IMG/VR virus record: IMGVR_UViG_3300029953_000019
Length of the DNA: 20,000 nt
Strand: one strand, 5' to 3'
DNA from: an uncultured virus (IMG/VR IMGVR_UViG_3300029953_000019)
Taxonomy: Duplodnaviria; Heunggongvirae; Uroviricota; Caudoviricetes
Made by a program: the position numbers and the translations under genes. Below the pieces are notes generated by a model that did no database searches, had not been told where the DNA came from, and saw nothing but the letters and a program-made list of their open reading frames with translations. Shown in pieces: positions 1 through 9,594 of this stretch (its first letter is position 1; each line of letters opens with the position of its first letter).

Positions 1-2120
1 AATGTCTTCAATACAGTACCTGGATCTAGTTTACGTAATGAATCTATGCTATTACTATCTATATTAGGAGTATGCTTAAGTTTATGTCCATGTTCCTTAA
101 TAAACTTATCCTTACTAGTAACTGGATTACCTTTAGTTACAGCATCCACATACTTTTCTAATTCTGCTAATTTCGTTAGTAATTCCCTTTTATCCGAAGC
201 TTTCTTACTAATCATTAATTCATCAGGTATATAAATATCACTGTATAGATTAAGGAAGTGAGAGGGAGGAAGTGGTTTATAAGTTAAATCTGACGCTAGT
301 TTGGATAAGCTCATACCAATCCTGTCAGCAGGTCTACGTACATAACTAATCTCAAACCATCTAGGGTCCGGAGTATTAATCATTCGGCACATTTCACCCT
401 CTTTATTAATTTCTCCTAAATGATTCTTAACGCAATCACATCTATCATTCTCTGTTTTAGCTCTATGACCACACCAAGAGCATAGGTCAGAGGCCATTTT
501 TGCAGCCATACTCCAATTCGTATTACCTGTTCGTTCTTGCTCATCTAGAATATCTGCACATTTATCTCTATCCAATCCTACTACTAATTCTATTCTACGC
601 ATCTTGTCATTATAAGCTGAAGCTTTTATAGTTCCATACTTAGGATCATTTGGTTTATTTTGATGATGCCTATGCACAGCTCTTTTACTATCAGAGAAAT
701 AATGATGATTTTTGATACAATCCTTCTCTAAAAAGCAATCGCCGTTGCGATTGCTATTATGTACTTGGATGTCCACTACATATGTATTATCTTCTTCAAC
801 TTCTAGATTATACTTTATTGTATCTTCTATTTCAGATAGTTCAACCAGTCCAACTTGTAATACTAAATGATTACTACTAATCCAAGATCTACCTGCAAGA
901 TATTTTGGTTGTTTACTTGATGGAGCTAGTCGAAGAGTATATTGTAGTATTTTATTCGAATGACAACTCCCAACCCCTACAGTATAAATAACATGGTCAG
1001 TTTTTCCAAAGCATCCATTAGAGTGTTTATTCATTCCTTTATAAACATTCGAAGTTATACCACAAGAAGCCAATAACCGATGTAAATCATAAGCTAGATT
1101 TCTAGAAGCTGTGGAGGCTGACATTGAACCTATATATCTGGCTGCTCCATTTGAATCAGGTCCTATAACATGTCCATCACCATCAAAATAAGCAGCTAAG
1201 AACTTAAGTTTCCACTCAATAGATTGCTGGAATATTATAGGTGATAAGAATTTTATAGTGGAATGACAACCAAATAGTTTTAGGCATTGTTGGGCTTTTT
1301 CATAATTTTGGAACGAAAATCTTCTGCCATATTCACTAGTAAATGATTTTTGAATACTAGTTTCGGCCCCATTCAGTTTCTTTATAATAGATTGGATCTT
1401 ATCAATACAAGGCTGATCCCCAACCGCCATAGTAAACAGGATTTTTGTATACTCACCACAATGACTTCTATCTTCTCTATATTCTTTCGCCAAACATCCT
1501 TCAGCTAAGTAATAACCAAACAAATAAGCATCATCTTCAGAAAATACTTCTTTTTTATCTTCATTATCTATATTAATAGGAGTTAATACATAATCTCCAG
1601 GTTTAATCTCACTAGCTGGAATATAGGGGGCTTTGCTTATAATATCATCCAATACATCTTTGGGATTCACACCATCATCTAATAATGAAGGACAGCGATG
1701 TTTAGTTCTAAAATCTACAGCTTTAATTACTTGTATAGGATGATTATCAGTGCATTCTATTCTATCACACAGACTAACAATATCTAATGATACTTTAACT
1801 CCACTAAAATCATTTTCGTAGGTTTTTAGCACTTTTCTATATCTGCCTTTATGTGTAAGTACTAAATCTCCAACTTTTATATCTTCTATAGGTTTTATAC
1901 CATTGATAGTTTGTACTGGTGCTCCTTTAAAGAAACATCCTGTACCTTCATATGATCCTACAGCAATTATATGCAAATCCTCTTGATTTGGAGTCTTTTC
2001 GTACTTCAATAATGATTTAGCAGAAGCCCTCTTCTTTAACTCTTTGCCTGAGTCTTTTAAAAGCACCACACTTTCACAATCAAAATCAAAGTCATTATTA
2101 CCAGTAAATTTAAGAATCAT
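1..2120 (-). CDS. Putative prohead (capsid maturation) protease with LAGLIDADG intein; 3' end outside window
   Basis: Not in ORF track (no stop in window). Manual translation from ATG 2120: MILKFTGNNDFDFDCE...HIIAVGSYEGTG|intein|SNRNGDCF...VHRHHQN...WSMAAKMASDLCSWCG...CDC...WFEISYVRRPADRIG. Order of His, Ser and the E-x-S-x-V-x-x-P-A motif resembles HK97/S78-type (herpes-like fold) prohead proteases. Confidence 0.7.
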   Translation of the reverse strand, partial: MILKFTGNNDFDFDCESVVLLKDSGKELKKRASAKSLLKYEKTPNQEDLHIIAVGSYEGTGCFFKGAPVQTINGIKPIEDIKVGDLVLTHKGRYRKVLKTYENDFSGVKVSLDIVSLCDRIECTDNHPIQVIKAVDFRTKHRCPSLLDDGVNPKDVLDDIISKAPYIPASEIKPGDYVLTPINIDNEDKKEVFSEDDAYLFGYYLAEGCLAKEYREDRSHCGEYTKILFTMAVGDQPCIDKIQSIIKKLNGAETSIQKSFTSEYGRRFSFQNYEKAQQCLKLFGCHSTIKFLSPIIFQQSIEWKLKFLAAYFDGDGHVIGPDSNGAARYIGSMSASTASRNLAYDLHRLLASCGITSNVYKGMNKHSNGCFGKTDHVIYTVGVGSCHSNKILQYTLRLAPSSKQPKYLAGRSWISSNHLVLQVGLVELSEIEDTIKYNLEVEEDNTYVVDIQVHNSNRNGDCFLEKDCIKNHHYFSDSKRAVHRHHQNKPNDPKYGTIKASAYNDKMRRIELVVGLDRDKCADILDEQERTGNTNWSMAAKMASDLCSWCGHRAKTENDRCDCVKNHLGEINKEGEMCRMINTPDPRWFEISYVRRPADRIGMSLSKLASDLTYKPLPPSHFLNLYSDIYIPDELMISKKASDKRELLTKLAELEKYVDAVTKGNPVTSKDKFIKEHGHKLKHTPNIDSNSIDSLRKLDPGTVLKT
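756..1937 (-). mobile_element. Intein (394 aa) with LAGLIDADG homing endonuclease, in the putative prohead protease
   Basis: Block A CFFKGAPVQTINGIKPIEDIKVGDLVLTH, block B CTDNHP, LAGLIDADG motifs LFGYYLAEG and FLAAYFDGDG, blocks F/G YNLEVEEDNTYVVDIQVHN followed by Ser(+1). Confidence 0.95.
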
Positions 2121-2124
2121 GATA

Positions 2125-2748
2125 TTACTTTAAATTAGCTGCATTCTCTCTTACCGCATTAAGATTGTTAACATCGTTATATCTTTCATCTTGCAGCCCA
2201 TATTCATGTAGCCCACTAGATAATCCATAACCTAAACCTGCACCTAACAAACCTTTAAATGATAACGTCTTTGTAGGATACTTGCCAAATTTGAGTTCTG
2301 GAGGAGCACCTTTATATTTGGCATACCAATGATCTGGATATTTTTCTGTATCTATTTGTTTTCTAGCATATTGTGATAGTCCAGGTAACACTGCCCCTCC
2401 ACCCAATGAACTTAGTCCTGGATGTCCTGCCACCCAATCTAAACCACTATGTATCATGCCTTTCTGTTCTGTAGGTTTAGGAGTAGAAGCAGGGTTAAGC
2501 AAATCACCTAACCCAGCAGAAGGATCATGTGATGCTTCTGGATCTAAATAATCTTTGGCAGCGCGCATACCTCCACCAGTAACACCACCTAAAGCACCAC
2601 CTAATAGCATACTCTTTAACAAACTTCTTTTCTTGTGTTCTTCTGGAGATAGTAGATTAGCAGCACCCATACCAACTGCTCCAATTCCAGCACCTACACC
2701 TGCACTACTACCCAAACCTTTAAGTAAATCGATTGTTTGTTGGTCCAT
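2125..2748 (-). CDS. Hypothetical glycine-zipper protein, possibly virion/membrane associated
   Basis: 207 aa; several GxxxG hydrophobic helices (GVGAGIGAVGMGAANLL, LLGGALGGVTGGG, LLGAGLGYGLSSG); 4-nt gaps to both neighbours. Confidence 0.75.
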   Translation of the reverse strand: MDQQTIDLLKGLGSSAGVGAGIGAVGMGAANLLSPEEHKKRSLLKSMLLGGALGGVTGGGMRAAKDYLDPEASHDPSAGLGDLLNPASTPKPTEQKGMIHSGLDWVAGHPGLSSLGGGAVLPGLSQYARKQIDTEKYPDHWYAKYKGAPPELKFGKYPTKTLSFKGLLGAGLGYGLSSGLHEYGLQDERYNDVNNLNAVRENAANLK

Positions 2749-2752
2749 AAAA

Positions 2753-3118
2753 TTAAATTACAGTAATAAATTCATTGCTGAAGTTATCTGTGGTAGATCT
2801 CAATGTAGTTATAGCACTAGTAATTCTAGTAACCATTGTAGTTCTATATAAGTCTAGATTAGCCTCTACAGTAACATCAAATGGTACAGTTCCTGAGAAT
2901 GAAATACAGACTGGGAAATCGTTAGGGAAGTCATAGTAATTACTAGGCATAGTATACATTTGAGTTCCATTAGTAAAAGAGCCACCAAAATCTATACTAG
3001 GTTGCCCAAATTTCCTGACTAACAAATAATCTGTATCACTAATGCTTTCAGGATCAATAGTGAATAGAAACTTAAAGTTATCATTTACTATTTGTTGTTG
3101 TACTCTTAGTTTAGCCAT
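2753..3118 (-). CDS. Hypothetical protein
   Basis: 121 aa ORF, co-oriented and tightly packed; no recognised motif. Confidence 0.75.
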   Translation of the reverse strand: MAKLRVQQQIVNDNFKFLFTIDPESISDTDYLLVRKFGQPSIDFGGSFTNGTQMYTMPSNYYDFPNDFPVCISFSGTVPFDVTVEANLDLYRTTMVTRITSAITTLRSTTDNFSNEFITVI

Positions 3119-3135
3119 AAATTTGTTATATAGTT

Positions 3136-3151
3136 AAGAAGCACTCTTCTT
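3136..3151. repeat. Intergenic inverted repeat AAGAAG-N4-CTTCTT (copy 1)
   Basis: aagaag cact cttctt between the 3155 and 3118 genes; same arms at 8233-8248. Confidence 0.6.
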
Positions 3152-3154
3152 TCA

Positions 3155-4546
3155 TTATTCCCCTGCTACTGGATTAGGAGGCGGTTGTAGTCCTCTTTGT
3201 AGTTGATGTTGCTTAAATAAACCTGTATTCGCCTTAATTAAGTCAGCTGCCTCAAATGGTGAAATGGCCTGACTCGCACCAGCTTGTCTAAGGAATGCTC
3301 TAGTAATTTCCTTCTCACTACTTAATTCTGGAGCAATTCTAAGCATTTGTTGGTAAGCATCTACTACATGATGAGTAGGAAACTTACTTATAATAGGATC
3401 AGTAGCTACAAGTTCTTGTAGTAATAATGCTCTATCCCTGTTCGCTTCAGGAGTATTAGTACTGGCACTCAATTCTGGTTTACCTTGTTTATCCTTATAA
3501 CCTGAAAAGCTTTTAGTTATATTCATGAGGTCAATTGCAGACTTAATTCTACTATCAAACTCCTCCTCTACCGCAGCTTTCTTTTCAGCAATACAAGTCA
3601 TAACCGGATCTTCAGGGTCAGCCTTGGCAATCTTACTTCTTTCTGCCTTGATAGATGCATCGACCTGGGCTAACAAAGAATCAGTATCTGCTATCTTTTC
3701 TATATCTTGTTTAAACAATCCTTTAAAATAACTCTGTTCAAAATTAAGGTTATAGGCTGCATCTTCTGACTTTACGGTAGCTTCTTTAAGATATGTTACA
3801 CTATTAATAAACTTATCATATAGTTCAGTTTCATTACATAGTGCAGCTAATTTAATGTTGGAATCATGAACACCTCTTTCTTCTTTTAGATTAGAGGTTT
3901 TATATAACAAATCCAAATATCCATTACTAGCATTACCATACTTACTAAATACGCTAGTTTCAAATTCATGCCAGGCAGATCTACAATCATTACTCTCAGC
4001 GAATTTTCTAAGTATATTGCAGAAGTTTTTATTTACTTCAAATTCAGCATCTAATCTATCTGCTTCAGCATCATAGGCTTGTTTTTGTAATTTACTAATA
4101 TATTTTACACTCTTATCATAAGCACCAGATTTACTTAATTCATTTTTACCTACATCTTCAGTAAGTATTAGTTTAGCATAAGCTTCTTTATAAGGTCCTG
4201 GCTCCAAATATCTTGCAAATTTAGGAGCAGTTTCTTGGATTTGAAAAGAAGAGAATAGTTCTGATTCCAATTCTGAGGCAGTCTTTTCTTTTCCGCTATA
4301 TATATCTTCAGCAACTTTGGCTGCATCAACTATGGGAAAATCATCAGCTTTTGAGTCTGGATGCTTCTTAAAGTGATCATAGTGCAAAGCTACATTAATA
4401 GCTTCACAACTACGCTTAATAAAGTTATGATTAAGTTCCAGTGATTTAGCAACCTTAGTAGCTGCTTCTTGAGGTGGAGTACCAGTATTTATCTCAGTAA
4501 CTATCTCATGGACTGCAAATTTTACCAATTCTTCAGGTGTGCGCAT
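3155..4546 (-). CDS. Hypothetical helical protein rich in K-x-A motifs; possible scaffold/head-core protein
   Basis: 463 aa, E/K/A-rich; 14 K-x-A sites counted by eye (KFA, KVA, KVA, KTAS, KFA, KEA, KQA, KFA, KLAA, KEA, KIA, KIA, KKAA, KSA). Function is inference. Confidence 0.75.
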   Translation of the reverse strand: MRTPEELVKFAVHEIVTEINTGTPPQEAATKVAKSLELNHNFIKRSCEAINVALHYDHFKKHPDSKADDFPIVDAAKVAEDIYSGKEKTASELESELFSSFQIQETAPKFARYLEPGPYKEAYAKLILTEDVGKNELSKSGAYDKSVKYISKLQKQAYDAEADRLDAEFEVNKNFCNILRKFAESNDCRSAWHEFETSVFSKYGNASNGYLDLLYKTSNLKEERGVHDSNIKLAALCNETELYDKFINSVTYLKEATVKSEDAAYNLNFEQSYFKGLFKQDIEKIADTDSLLAQVDASIKAERSKIAKADPEDPVMTCIAEKKAAVEEEFDSRIKSAIDLMNITKSFSGYKDKQGKPELSASTNTPEANRDRALLLQELVATDPIISKFPTHHVVDAYQQMLRIAPELSSEKEITRAFLRQAGASQAISPFEAADLIKANTGLFKQHQLQRGLQPPPNPVAGE

Positions 4547-4565
4547 AAAAGTGTTTGTTATATCT

Positions 4566-4594
4566 ATATTAATATGTTATATAATTCTAGTCAA
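4566..4594 (-). promoter_or_regulatory. Candidate sigma70-type promoter for the 4546 gene
   Basis: TTGACT-N17-TAATAT in a 52-nt intergenic gap; AT-rich background lowers specificity. Confidence 0.45.
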
Positions 4595-4598
4595 TTCA

Positions 4599-5669
4599 TT
4601 AAGGCTTTACCTCCAACACATCTACATATGAAGGATATTTGCCTGGATTCTCTAATAACATCATTTCTCTTAAGTTTTCCATTAAAGTATTATCTTCTAC
4701 GGTAAGACTTACAGTTTCATTGATACCCAACTCTTTTTCTATTCTTTGAGCATTCAACCTCATTACTGCAGCCCTTTGTTCAAGTTCAAGTCTGTGTAGA
4801 TTAGCATTAACATAACCTACTACAGAATTATTAAAGATAACTGATTCTTTAAGACTAGTTATGGCAAATCTCTGATCCATTAAGTTATCCACACCTGCTC
4901 CAGCTAAATAAGACTTAACCTCATCCCTTTCATCTTCAGTTAATACTTGATGTCCCAATATACTTCTTAAACCCAGTTCTCCTAAATCATAAATACGCTT
5001 AAATGCATGATAATCAGCATCATCTATCTCTTTATTATTGGCTAATTGTCTTAAGCAACTATATTGAACTAACTTATCTTTAGGCCAGCCAGAATAGTCA
5101 AAGAATATTAATCTTAAAGCTTCTATGAATTTAACTGGCTTATACCATTGTTTAGCTAGTTCTATATCTGTTTTATTACCATATATACTATAATTTAACC
5201 ATTTACAATTAGTCTCATTAGTCTTGGTTTTATAGAACTTTATAGCTTCTGAAATATACTCATTAGCTTCATAGTTATAGCAATGAAAGATAAGTTTTTG
5301 AACATAATCGTCATTAATCTTTTTAACCTTATTAATGTTCCAGTTAATCATCCCTGCCCGGTTATTATTGAAAGTAACTTTTCTAACCCTATTATTAAAG
5401 TATCTTTTATCCCAAACTTTTATAAGTTGTTGATAAAGTAAGGCTGGAAGCTTGTTATATAATTGTTTAATATATATAGGTAGATCATAAGAATCTACAG
5501 GAACGATACCATTAGAAATTAAACGCTTTAAATTGCCTGAGTTAACACCGGGCTGGGAACAGAACTTTTCAAATCCAAATCGTTCAGGGTAAAAAGCTAA
5601 TTGATATCTCCAGGAAGGGGATTGAAACTGAGTCCCCATCTTGCTGATTGGAACTATAGGTAAAAGCAT
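4599..5669 (-). CDS. Hypothetical protein
   Basis: 356 aa ORF, basic N-half, helical C-half; no family recognised. Confidence 0.75.
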   Translation of the reverse strand: MLLPIVPISKMGTQFQSPSWRYQLAFYPERFGFEKFCSQPGVNSGNLKRLISNGIVPVDSYDLPIYIKQLYNKLPALLYQQLIKVWDKRYFNNRVRKVTFNNNRAGMINWNINKVKKINDDYVQKLIFHCYNYEANEYISEAIKFYKTKTNETNCKWLNYSIYGNKTDIELAKQWYKPVKFIEALRLIFFDYSGWPKDKLVQYSCLRQLANNKEIDDADYHAFKRIYDLGELGLRSILGHQVLTEDERDEVKSYLAGAGVDNLMDQRFAITSLKESVIFNNSVVGYVNANLHRLELEQRAAVMRLNAQRIEKELGINETVSLTVEDNTLMENLREMMLLENPGKYPSYVDVLEVKP

Positions 5670-5692
5670 GATTACTATCTGATTCCATCTAA

Positions 5693-5980
5693 TTAAATAC
5701 TAAATGGTTTATTATTTAGATTTGGAACTACTCCCGGTACTTGAGATATTGGATTTTGTTGTCTGAACTGGGAGAGTAATTGGTAGAAAGGGAGTTGTTG
5801 TGCTCCTGATTGATTTTGTGGTTGTGAAGGTTGAGCTGGTCTAGTAGCTTGAGGTCCTGGTTGATTCATTGCAGGGTTAGGTTGTGACATATTACTCATT
5901 GCACCTAAAGCCGGAATTTGACCACCTTCTCCTAACGCTGCTTTTATAAAACCATTAATATATGCATCTTCTATTGTCAT
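5693..5980 (-). CDS. Small Gln/Pro-rich protein with N-terminal AYINGFIKAA leader
   Basis: Start reassigned from 6007 to ATG 5980 (TAA-T-ATG after upstream gene), giving MTIEDAYINGFIKAALG..., matching leaders of the 13312 and 19205 genes. Confidence 0.75.
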   Translation of the reverse strand: MTIEDAYINGFIKAALGEGGQIPALGAMSNMSQPNPAMNQPGPQATRPAQPSQPQNQSGAQQLPFYQLLSQFRQQNPISQVPGVVPNLNNKPFSI

Positions 5981-5981
5981 A

Positions 5982-8225
5982 TTATATATCATTTTTAGAT
6001 TGGTCATTAGAATTGATATCCATATTTGGCATCTGTTTTTTTAGGAAGATTACCAGATCTCCTAAATTATTAAATACATTTTTAACTAATTCAATTAGTT
6101 CTGGAAGTTGATCTTTGCCGAACAATTCATCAAATTCATCAGTATTCCAATAAGTTAAAAACAACATTTTACCAAGTTTATCTAGAGCCGATACAAAGTT
6201 AGGCACGTATTCCTGTATTTTATCTCCAGAATTAGTATATTTAGCCAATGCACCAATAGTCTGGGTATCGAATATTTCTTTTTGTCCTTGTTGAGCTAAT
6301 TGAACTGCATGATTGATTGTACCGTCTAATTGTGCTTCATCAGGCTTAACCCCCAAACCTTGCTGTGTAGGATCTTTGGTATACCCATCACTACAATCAT
6401 GCTGGTCTACCCAAGGAATGCCATAATAAGTAGGTTGCCCAGCTTCATTACTTTCCGGAGTTTCATCTTGTAGAGTTAAAGTATGGTCACCTAACACAGA
6501 TATTTTAACCATTCCTTCTCTTTTCTTATTAGGAATTAGGTCAGCCAAAACTGCCTCTGCATCCTTTTCTCTCAATCCAATATCAGTAACCATTGCAATT
6601 TTAGCTTCAAGTGGATTTGCATAAGTTACTTTTGCGCCAGCTACATTAAGGAAGAAGTCACTACCATTTGTGTGTAAAGTTAACGGGAAAGTATTGTTCT
6701 CTCTAAGGAAACTAGTTAGATAACATAGACCACCAGGTTTGCCAGACTTGATTTCAGACTGCTGTTTCTGACCCTCCATTCTCTGTTTATCTTGTTGTGT
6801 CTTGGAAGCAGAATAATCTATGTCAGGACGATAATAAGAACTTAAATGTATTTTAAGCAATTTGAATCCTTTAGGAACATAGACAGCCTTATTACGATGT
6901 TCTAGTTTATCCCCTGGTTTTTTAGTAAGTACCAATATTGTTTCGCCATTGTCTTTCTTCCTAGGTTCACCACAGTTATAAGCTTTTTTAGCTTCATTAT
7001 ACCAGGTAGGTTCAATTTTAAGCCTTCTAATACCAGAACCATCTTTATAGTTCTCAATGATTCTAAAAGGTTCAGTAGCTTTAAGATTCTCATTCAATAA
7101 TACATAGTCATCATAGCTAGGCAAGGCTTCAGCTAATTCCTCCAAATTCTTCATAGCCTCACTTATATCTTTAACTACTATTTGGTCCTTAATAAATATA
7201 TCCTTTACATTGCAATCATAGGCCTGTCCCGGTCTAGCTGCTTGTAAATCTATAACCAAGGCTTTATCATGACCATAACCAGGTATTAATGATTCAACAC
7301 TAGTTAATACTAACCCATATCTAATAGTACCTAACTCAGTTATATATGGATAAAAACCAGTTTGTACAGGGTTGCTAAACTGCTCAGTAAACTTAAAGAT
7401 ACCAACTTCAGATATCTCTTCCTTCATTCTATTATCTACAATAGAAATTCCTTTAGTAACCAGTTCTTTCTTAGTATGTTCAGACAAATCTTTAAAGTTA
7501 GTTTCGGTATCAAAGTCTATTACCTTTAATTTCTTAGGTTTAGCTTCTTTTACAATAGCTGGAACAGTCAAAGCTTCAGCAATTGCATTATCAGAATAGA
7601 ATGTCCTGACAGCATCAGTAAATTCAGCATTCTTATTCATAACGTCCCAAAATGCTTCTTTAACTGAATTATCCGAGTTTTTTATATAATCTAATAAAGA
7701 AGGGATAGGGAGAAAATCTTTTTTATCTAACAAGCTCTCAGCAACCTTATCAAATACTTCTGAATTCTTTTCTTCCAAATCTTTAGCTTCAGCATAACTA
7801 ATACGTCCAGTACGAGGAGGCCAGATCACATTACGCATACTAGGAGCAACAATATCTTTTTGCACATCCTCTTTACGTTGATTGCTTACACTTCCCATCC
7901 CAGTTACATCATCTTTTAAGAATAGTTCTGCAAAATCTTCAGTAAGTGGGTACATTTGTTGATTGTTCTTACTATATAGTATGTCCAAGTCTTTAATTTT
8001 TCCATCAACAAAGAAAGCAGGGACAAACATGATTTGTCCATTATTACTCTTAAATCCAAAAACACCCACAGCTTTGGTATCGTTATCACTCTTTTTAATT
8101 AGCTGGAAGCCTACTAAGAATGGTACTAGGTTACTTAGTTTGCCTTGTAACTTATCATATGCAAGAGTAAAGAACGCTTTCTCAAAATCATCCTCAGAAC
8201 TCGCTAATTTAGTTGAACTATTCAT
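5982..8225 (-). CDS. Large hypothetical protein, probably virion structural/head associated
   Basis: 747 aa; begins MNSSTKLASS (K-x-A-S); lies in cluster with the putative prohead protease. No family recognised. Confidence 0.75.
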   Translation of the reverse strand: MNSSTKLASSEDDFEKAFFTLAYDKLQGKLSNLVPFLVGFQLIKKSDNDTKAVGVFGFKSNNGQIMFVPAFFVDGKIKDLDILYSKNNQQMYPLTEDFAELFLKDDVTGMGSVSNQRKEDVQKDIVAPSMRNVIWPPRTGRISYAEAKDLEEKNSEVFDKVAESLLDKKDFLPIPSLLDYIKNSDNSVKEAFWDVMNKNAEFTDAVRTFYSDNAIAEALTVPAIVKEAKPKKLKVIDFDTETNFKDLSEHTKKELVTKGISIVDNRMKEEISEVGIFKFTEQFSNPVQTGFYPYITELGTIRYGLVLTSVESLIPGYGHDKALVIDLQAARPGQAYDCNVKDIFIKDQIVVKDISEAMKNLEELAEALPSYDDYVLLNENLKATEPFRIIENYKDGSGIRRLKIEPTWYNEAKKAYNCGEPRKKDNGETILVLTKKPGDKLEHRNKAVYVPKGFKLLKIHLSSYYRPDIDYSASKTQQDKQRMEGQKQQSEIKSGKPGGLCYLTSFLRENNTFPLTLHTNGSDFFLNVAGAKVTYANPLEAKIAMVTDIGLREKDAEAVLADLIPNKKREGMVKISVLGDHTLTLQDETPESNEAGQPTYYGIPWVDQHDCSDGYTKDPTQQGLGVKPDEAQLDGTINHAVQLAQQGQKEIFDTQTIGALAKYTNSGDKIQEYVPNFVSALDKLGKMLFLTYWNTDEFDELFGKDQLPELIELVKNVFNNLGDLVIFLKKQMPNMDINSNDQSKNDI

Positions 8226-8232
8226 AAATTGA

Positions 8233-8248
8233 AAGAAGAAGGCTTCTT
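8233..8248. repeat. Intergenic inverted repeat AAGAAG-N4-CTTCTT (copy 2)
   Basis: aagaag aagg cttctt, 7 nt upstream of ATG 8225 and downstream of the candidate promoter. Confidence 0.6.
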
Positions 8249-8274
8249 ATATATACTCATCTTCACTTATTATT

Positions 8275-8303
8275 ATCATATTAGGAAAGTTATAGTTAAG
8301 CAA
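8275..8303 (-). promoter_or_regulatory. Candidate sigma70-type promoter for the 8225 gene
   Basis: TTGCTT-N17-TATGAT in an 84-nt intergenic gap. Confidence 0.55.
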
Positions 8304-8309
8304 TGTCTA

Positions 8310-9593
8310 TTATACATTAGCTAATTCACTCCTAACTTTATTTTGCATCATTTTATTCTCATTATTCAAGTTGTCTATGTCTTTATTATGATAATGATTA
8401 TAAGCACCTATAGCAGCTGTAGGGGCTCCAATAATACCACCAGCTACTAGATATGGTTTTAAAGCTTCCCATCCCGTAGCAGGCTTAGAAGGTGCTACGG
8501 GTAAGCCAGGTTTAAAACTATCATTAATATTCTGTCCTATCTGCTTAATCTTTTGAACTGAGTTGGATTTGTCAAAGTTAATATTCTCAGCACCAGCACC
8601 TTCAATACCTTCAATAAGATTAGCTGGAGTCTTAAATACATTACTGCCTAATCGTGTTAATGCTTTTGGAAGAGTATCAAAGTTACCACTATTATCATTT
8701 TGTCTTTCAGCTATAGTCTCTGCACTACCTAATATAGCTGAAGGAATCATTAAACTCTTGACTGGATTCCTAGTAATAAAATTGTTTAACAGAGTATTAG
8801 GATGATTTACATTCTTTTGTAATATGTTTAGAGGAACTGCATTATCTTTAGCATTACTTATCAGTTCTTGTAATTTATCAACTCCAATATTAGATGGTCG
8901 GTTTATATATTTTTTAAACAGAGGGTTGTCTACTATTCTATCCAATACTGATGCTTGTTTATGAGTAAGCATCTGTAATAAAGCATTTGTTCTTTCAGCT
9001 TCTTCTTTTCTATGCTTCCTAGTAATGGCATCATAAGCCATAACCGGGCCAGCAGAAAGAGCGGTAGCCCCTAATATGCTTTTAACTGGATGATTCGCCA
9101 TATCTTGCATAGTACTAGAGAATATGCCTTTACCAAATTCCTTGCCTGCCTCATTATAAAGAGGACCCATTTTCTCATTAGCCTTGTCTATTAATGCTTC
9201 AGCAAATTCATTTCTAGTAGTAGGATTAGTTATATTAGATAGTGAATCCAATACTTTCTGAGCATTAGGATTTTTATCTACACTATTTAATACACTATCA
9301 GAAGCAGAACCAAGAGCAGGACCAGCACCAGTAGCATTAAGTATTGCACTAGTTAGATGGCCTACTTGTCTACCAGTCCAAGGAGCACCACCCATTTCTA
9401 GATGACCGTGTAAAGCATTATTAATAGTCCTTCCACCTGATTCTAGAGTTGCTGAGGCTAACCCTGCTCCCAAACCTAGACCGGCAGCACCTTTCAAACC
9501 AGCTCTACTATAATCAAATATACGTCCTAATTGAGATAATACGTTAGCTTTCTTATCAATGAAATTAGTCAAAGCTTTAGTATTGGCATTCAT
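8310..9593 (-). CDS. Hypothetical glycine-zipper/membrane-helix protein with K-x-A-delimited modules
   Basis: Start reassigned from 9665 to ATG 9593 (TAA-T-ATG). MNANTKALTNFIDKKANVL...; internal MLTHKQASVL opens a second module; hydrophobic Gly/Ala segments GAAGLGLGAGLA, ILGATALSAGPVMAY, YLVAGGIIGAPTAAIGAY. Confidence 0.75.
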   Translation of the reverse strand: MNANTKALTNFIDKKANVLSQLGRIFDYSRAGLKGAAGLGLGAGLASATLESGGRTINNALHGHLEMGGAPWTGRQVGHLTSAILNATGAGPALGSASDSVLNSVDKNPNAQKVLDSLSNITNPTTRNEFAEALIDKANEKMGPLYNEAGKEFGKGIFSSTMQDMANHPVKSILGATALSAGPVMAYDAITRKHRKEEAERTNALLQMLTHKQASVLDRIVDNPLFKKYINRPSNIGVDKLQELISNAKDNAVPLNILQKNVNHPNTLLNNFITRNPVKSLMIPSAILGSAETIAERQNDNSGNFDTLPKALTRLGSNVFKTPANLIEGIEGAGAENINFDKSNSVQKIKQIGQNINDSFKPGLPVAPSKPATGWEALKPYLVAGGIIGAPTAAIGAYNHYHNKDIDNLNNENKMMQNKVRSELANV

Positions 9594-9594
9594 A

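Noticed and set aside
5584..5688. 34-aa minus-strand ORF (MESDSNHAF...) overlapping the start of the 356-aa gene
   Set aside because: Short, out of frame within a longer gene, no supporting motif.
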